Position numbers and translations under genes: made by a program. This document shows, in pieces, positions 7,935-10,460 of a DNA stretch of 10,460 nt (position 1 is its first letter; each line of letters starts with the position of its first letter). The stretch is from the NCBI GenBank assembly GCA_001600695.1, contig BCKQ01000010.1:390557-401016 (forward strand), read 5' to 3'. The DNA comes from Ascoidea asiatica JCM 7603 (taxonomy: Eukaryota; Fungi; Ascomycota). The notes beneath the pieces are model-generated. The model was not told the DNA's origin. It did no database searches and saw only the letters and a program-made list of their open reading frames with translations.

Positions 7935-9007
7935 TGTAAGGAAGCGAGCTCCTTCCAGCTAAAACCATTCAAACTTATTAATTAAGCACCATCACAATGG
8001 TTTTAGGTTTTCATTTAAGTTCAGAAACATCTTTATGTTCAATTTTTTTATATTTTCCCTACTATTACTTGTCTACTACTAAGACCAATTTTCTGGAACT
8101 ACAATATTTTTATCACGTGTGCAATTTTATTAAATTTCCTTTCAACTAACATATTAAAATTAATTATCAACTTCAGCTTTATTCAAAATATCCTGAAACC
8201 AAATTTGTGCGAAAGCACTGGTCATGTCTAATTGCATCATAACCTAATAAAATTATAAATAAAAAATTCAACCAATAAAATTTATTACAATTATTACCCT
8301 GATTACAAATTATCCTGAAAAATCAAATATCACGCAGAATATGCACCTCCCGTGTCCGGACACACCTGTCTTAACCTCATTTTTTCCTTAAAATCCTCAA
8401 ATTTATCCCGTTTAGAAGGGGTTTGTATAGTTAAGACACCCCTCGTAACCGTAAAATTGGCACTTTTTGAATTGCTGTTGAGAGAGGTTTTTTTGGATGA
8501 AAGCAAGTTTCATGCACCACAAAATCCCGATAAGAAAGATTTACTTTTTCAACAAATTTCAATAATTTTTTAATATTTTAATTTTAGTCACATTTATTTT
8601 TCCATAATTTTTTTACTATTAATTTTTCAAATTAATCAAATCCTGTTTACGATTTATATGCTAAGAATCGTTTAATTTATTTGATTTTTTTATTTATTTG
8701 AATTATCGAATTTTTGGTTACTACATAAGATGGTAATATTTTCTTCACTTATCATTTAATAATAGTTTACCTTATTAAGAATTTTCTTAAATTCACCAGT
8801 TTTTGTTTTTACTACTTAACATTTTAAAGTATTATTTTGTATTCAAATTTTTTATATTCACTCTATTTATTATAAGTTTTTGATTATCCTCATTTTTTGC
8901 GTATAAGCCTTTTTGTTCTAATACATATTGCTTTTATTAATTTATCTTCTGCTTGGTTTTTTTTTAAAGAAATCAGTTGGGTGTAGGCTCAGTCATCAGG
9001 TCTCACA
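7935..9007 (+). mobile_element. Solo LTR (1073 bp) of a related Ty3/Gypsy family
   Basis: TGTAAG...CTCACA ends flanked by identical 4-mers CCGT (7931-7934, 9008-9011). The start resembles 6712-6750 (shared CTAAAACCATT). The end TTGGGTGTAGGCTC..TCTCACA resembles the main LTR end TTGGGTGAGTAGGATC..TCTTACA. The interior does not align by eye. Confidence 0.78.
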
Positions 9008-9083
9008 CCGTGAGAAAAATATTTTCTAAATAGGAAATTTGTATCTGCAAATAGAGATTATGTGACTTCCATTAGTATTTATC

Positions 9084-9272
9084 TGTAAATATGGCCAACT
9101 CTCAGTGTGGCTACTACTATCCACACTAAGAAACAAATATTACCAACCTTATGGAACTGATTAACAATTACGCAACCTCAATTTGCTTAACAGTAAATTG
9201 TTGCCTATAATACAATTATAACGCTAATAACAACCTGGCAATATTTGTAACTATTTCATAAGGTATAACCAA
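9084..9272 (-). mobile_element. Possible terminus of a third, diverged LTR (probably reverse orientation)
   Basis: The minus strand reads ..AGTAGCCACACTGAGAGT..TTTACA (ending at 9084) versus the 5' LTR end AGTAGCATCGCTGAGAATCTTACA. Minus-strand TTGGTTATACCTT (9260-9272) matches LTR TTGGTTGTACCTT (783-795) at 12/13. The other end and a TSD were not found. Confidence 0.4.
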
Positions 9273-10290
9273 ATTGTTCGGATTCTTGAGACACAATGGA
9301 ATAAATTAAGTTGTTTTAGTTTAAAAATTATCCAGGTTAATGAAAAATGATGCCAATTTAATAAATAGATTAATAATAAATATTATGTATTTATATATGT
9401 AAAATAGTAAATATAAAAGTCGATAAATTAAAAACTATATAAAATAAAATAAATATAAGACAAAAACAGACATATTTATATAGTTTTAAAAATAAATGAA
9501 ATAAACAAAAATCAAAAGAATTATTCAAAACTTGTAATATTTAAAATAAATATTATTAAGTGGGAAAATATTTTGAATCAGCTTTCAAATACATTTTTAA
9601 AAGTTTCAAACATCTTGAAAAAGGTTTGCAACTCTGTTGGAAACAGCATAACTAATGAAAGAGTTGTTGAGATATTTTTATCCAATCATAATGTTTTTAT
9701 AAAATAACTTGCAACCATTTGAAAAGAGCAGCCACTGTGACTAAATTGGTCATTTTAATAAATGAAATTTCACCAATAATATAGAGTGCATATAGTTCAG
9801 CAACAAATATACATACTTAAGGAAGTTATTTTAATCGCCCGTTTTTCAACTTTCGACTTTTGCAATTCTATTAAGAACGGAGACCAAAAAAACAATAACG
9901 CCACGCCTTAGCCATGGGCGCCGCCGGCAAGAAAATTTTGAATGTGGCACCTTTAAAGTGGCCAGAAAACGAAGGTTTTTAATTACTTTTTTAACTGGAT
10001 TTTTAATAGTTTCCTGATTAAAAAGATTTAAACTGAAGGAGCCTAGGACAGATTTGTCGACAAAAATGTCCGACATTTTTAAGCTTTGTTAACCAAAATT
10101 TGAAAAAGGGTCTTTTTAATAGAATTATAAAAAATATTAGACAACTTAATTATATTACAACTTCACAAAACAAATAACATGTTATTATAATTAAATCATT
10201 TAGTATACTACTTAACTATTTAATAAAAATAAAAAAATTAAAGTCCCACTACAACAAATATAATATCAAAAGTTTTGAATACAATAAAAA

Positions 10291-10370
10291 AATAAAATAA
10301 AAAGAAAAAGTCAATTGATTAAATAAAATAAAATAAAAAAACAAAGTCAATTGGTTAAATAAAAGAAAAA
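10291..10370. repeat. Short 36-bp-period A-rich tandem repeat
   Basis: AAAGTCAATTG(A/G)TTAAATAAAA at 10307 and 10343, with a weaker third GTCAATT at 10412. Confidence 0.6.
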
Positions 10371-10460
10371 TACTTAGCTGTTGAATAGAAAAATCAAAAT
10401 AAAATAAGATGGTCAATTAATTGAACATTTAAAAAGTAAAAAATATAATATAAAGAAGTC

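Noticed and set aside
501-8056. ARS consensus matches (WTTTAYRTTTW) at 501, 744, their 3' LTR copies and 8046
   Set aside because: Expected by chance in DNA this AT-rich.
8112-8215. Point-centromere-like layout: ATCACGTG (CDEI) followed by ~90 AT-rich bp and GCGAAA
   Set aside because: The essential CCG and TGTTT part of CDEIII is absent, the spacer is less AT-rich than CDEII, and the site is inside the solo LTR.
8980-9135. H/ACA snoRNA-like arrangement (hairpin, AGAAAA, hairpin AGTGTGG/CCACACT, ACA)
   Set aside because: The hairpins are too short and lack guide pockets, and the region is better explained as LTR termini plus a TSD.
9532-10160. 9-bp inverted repeat TTGTAATAT/ATATTACAA as MITE ends, or TTACA 10155-10159 as the far end of the third LTR
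   Set aside because: No matching TSD, an almost all-AT match, and no CTAAAACCATT-like LTR start motif.

Overview
AT-rich eukaryotic DNA, probably fungal judging by the retroelement motifs. Most of the window is one Ty3/Gypsy (Metaviridae) LTR retrotransposon on the + strand (1-7798). Its 5' LTR is cut by the window start (1-898). Its gag-PR-RT-RNaseH-IN coding region (1302-6847) is degenerate, with 5 in-frame stops, 4 frame changes and a protease lacking the catalytic Asp. Its 3' LTR is about 1087 bp and appears to start inside the integrase ORF (6712-7798). Downstream lie a 1073-bp solo LTR of a related family (7935-9007, TG..CA, flanked by CCGT) and probably the end of a third LTR (about 9084). 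No host gene is recognisable. The most striking observation is that the element has neither a TGG-type tRNA PBS nor a polypurine tract. Both inner LTR junctions instead carry the palindrome ACAATTGT. The U5/PBS region (868-903) can also form a ~30-bp G.U-containing duplex with the PPT/U3 region (6707-6743), with a further 13-bp outer helix. This suggests an end-to-end RNA panhandle and an unconventional priming mechanism (inference). All alignments and pairings were done by eye.
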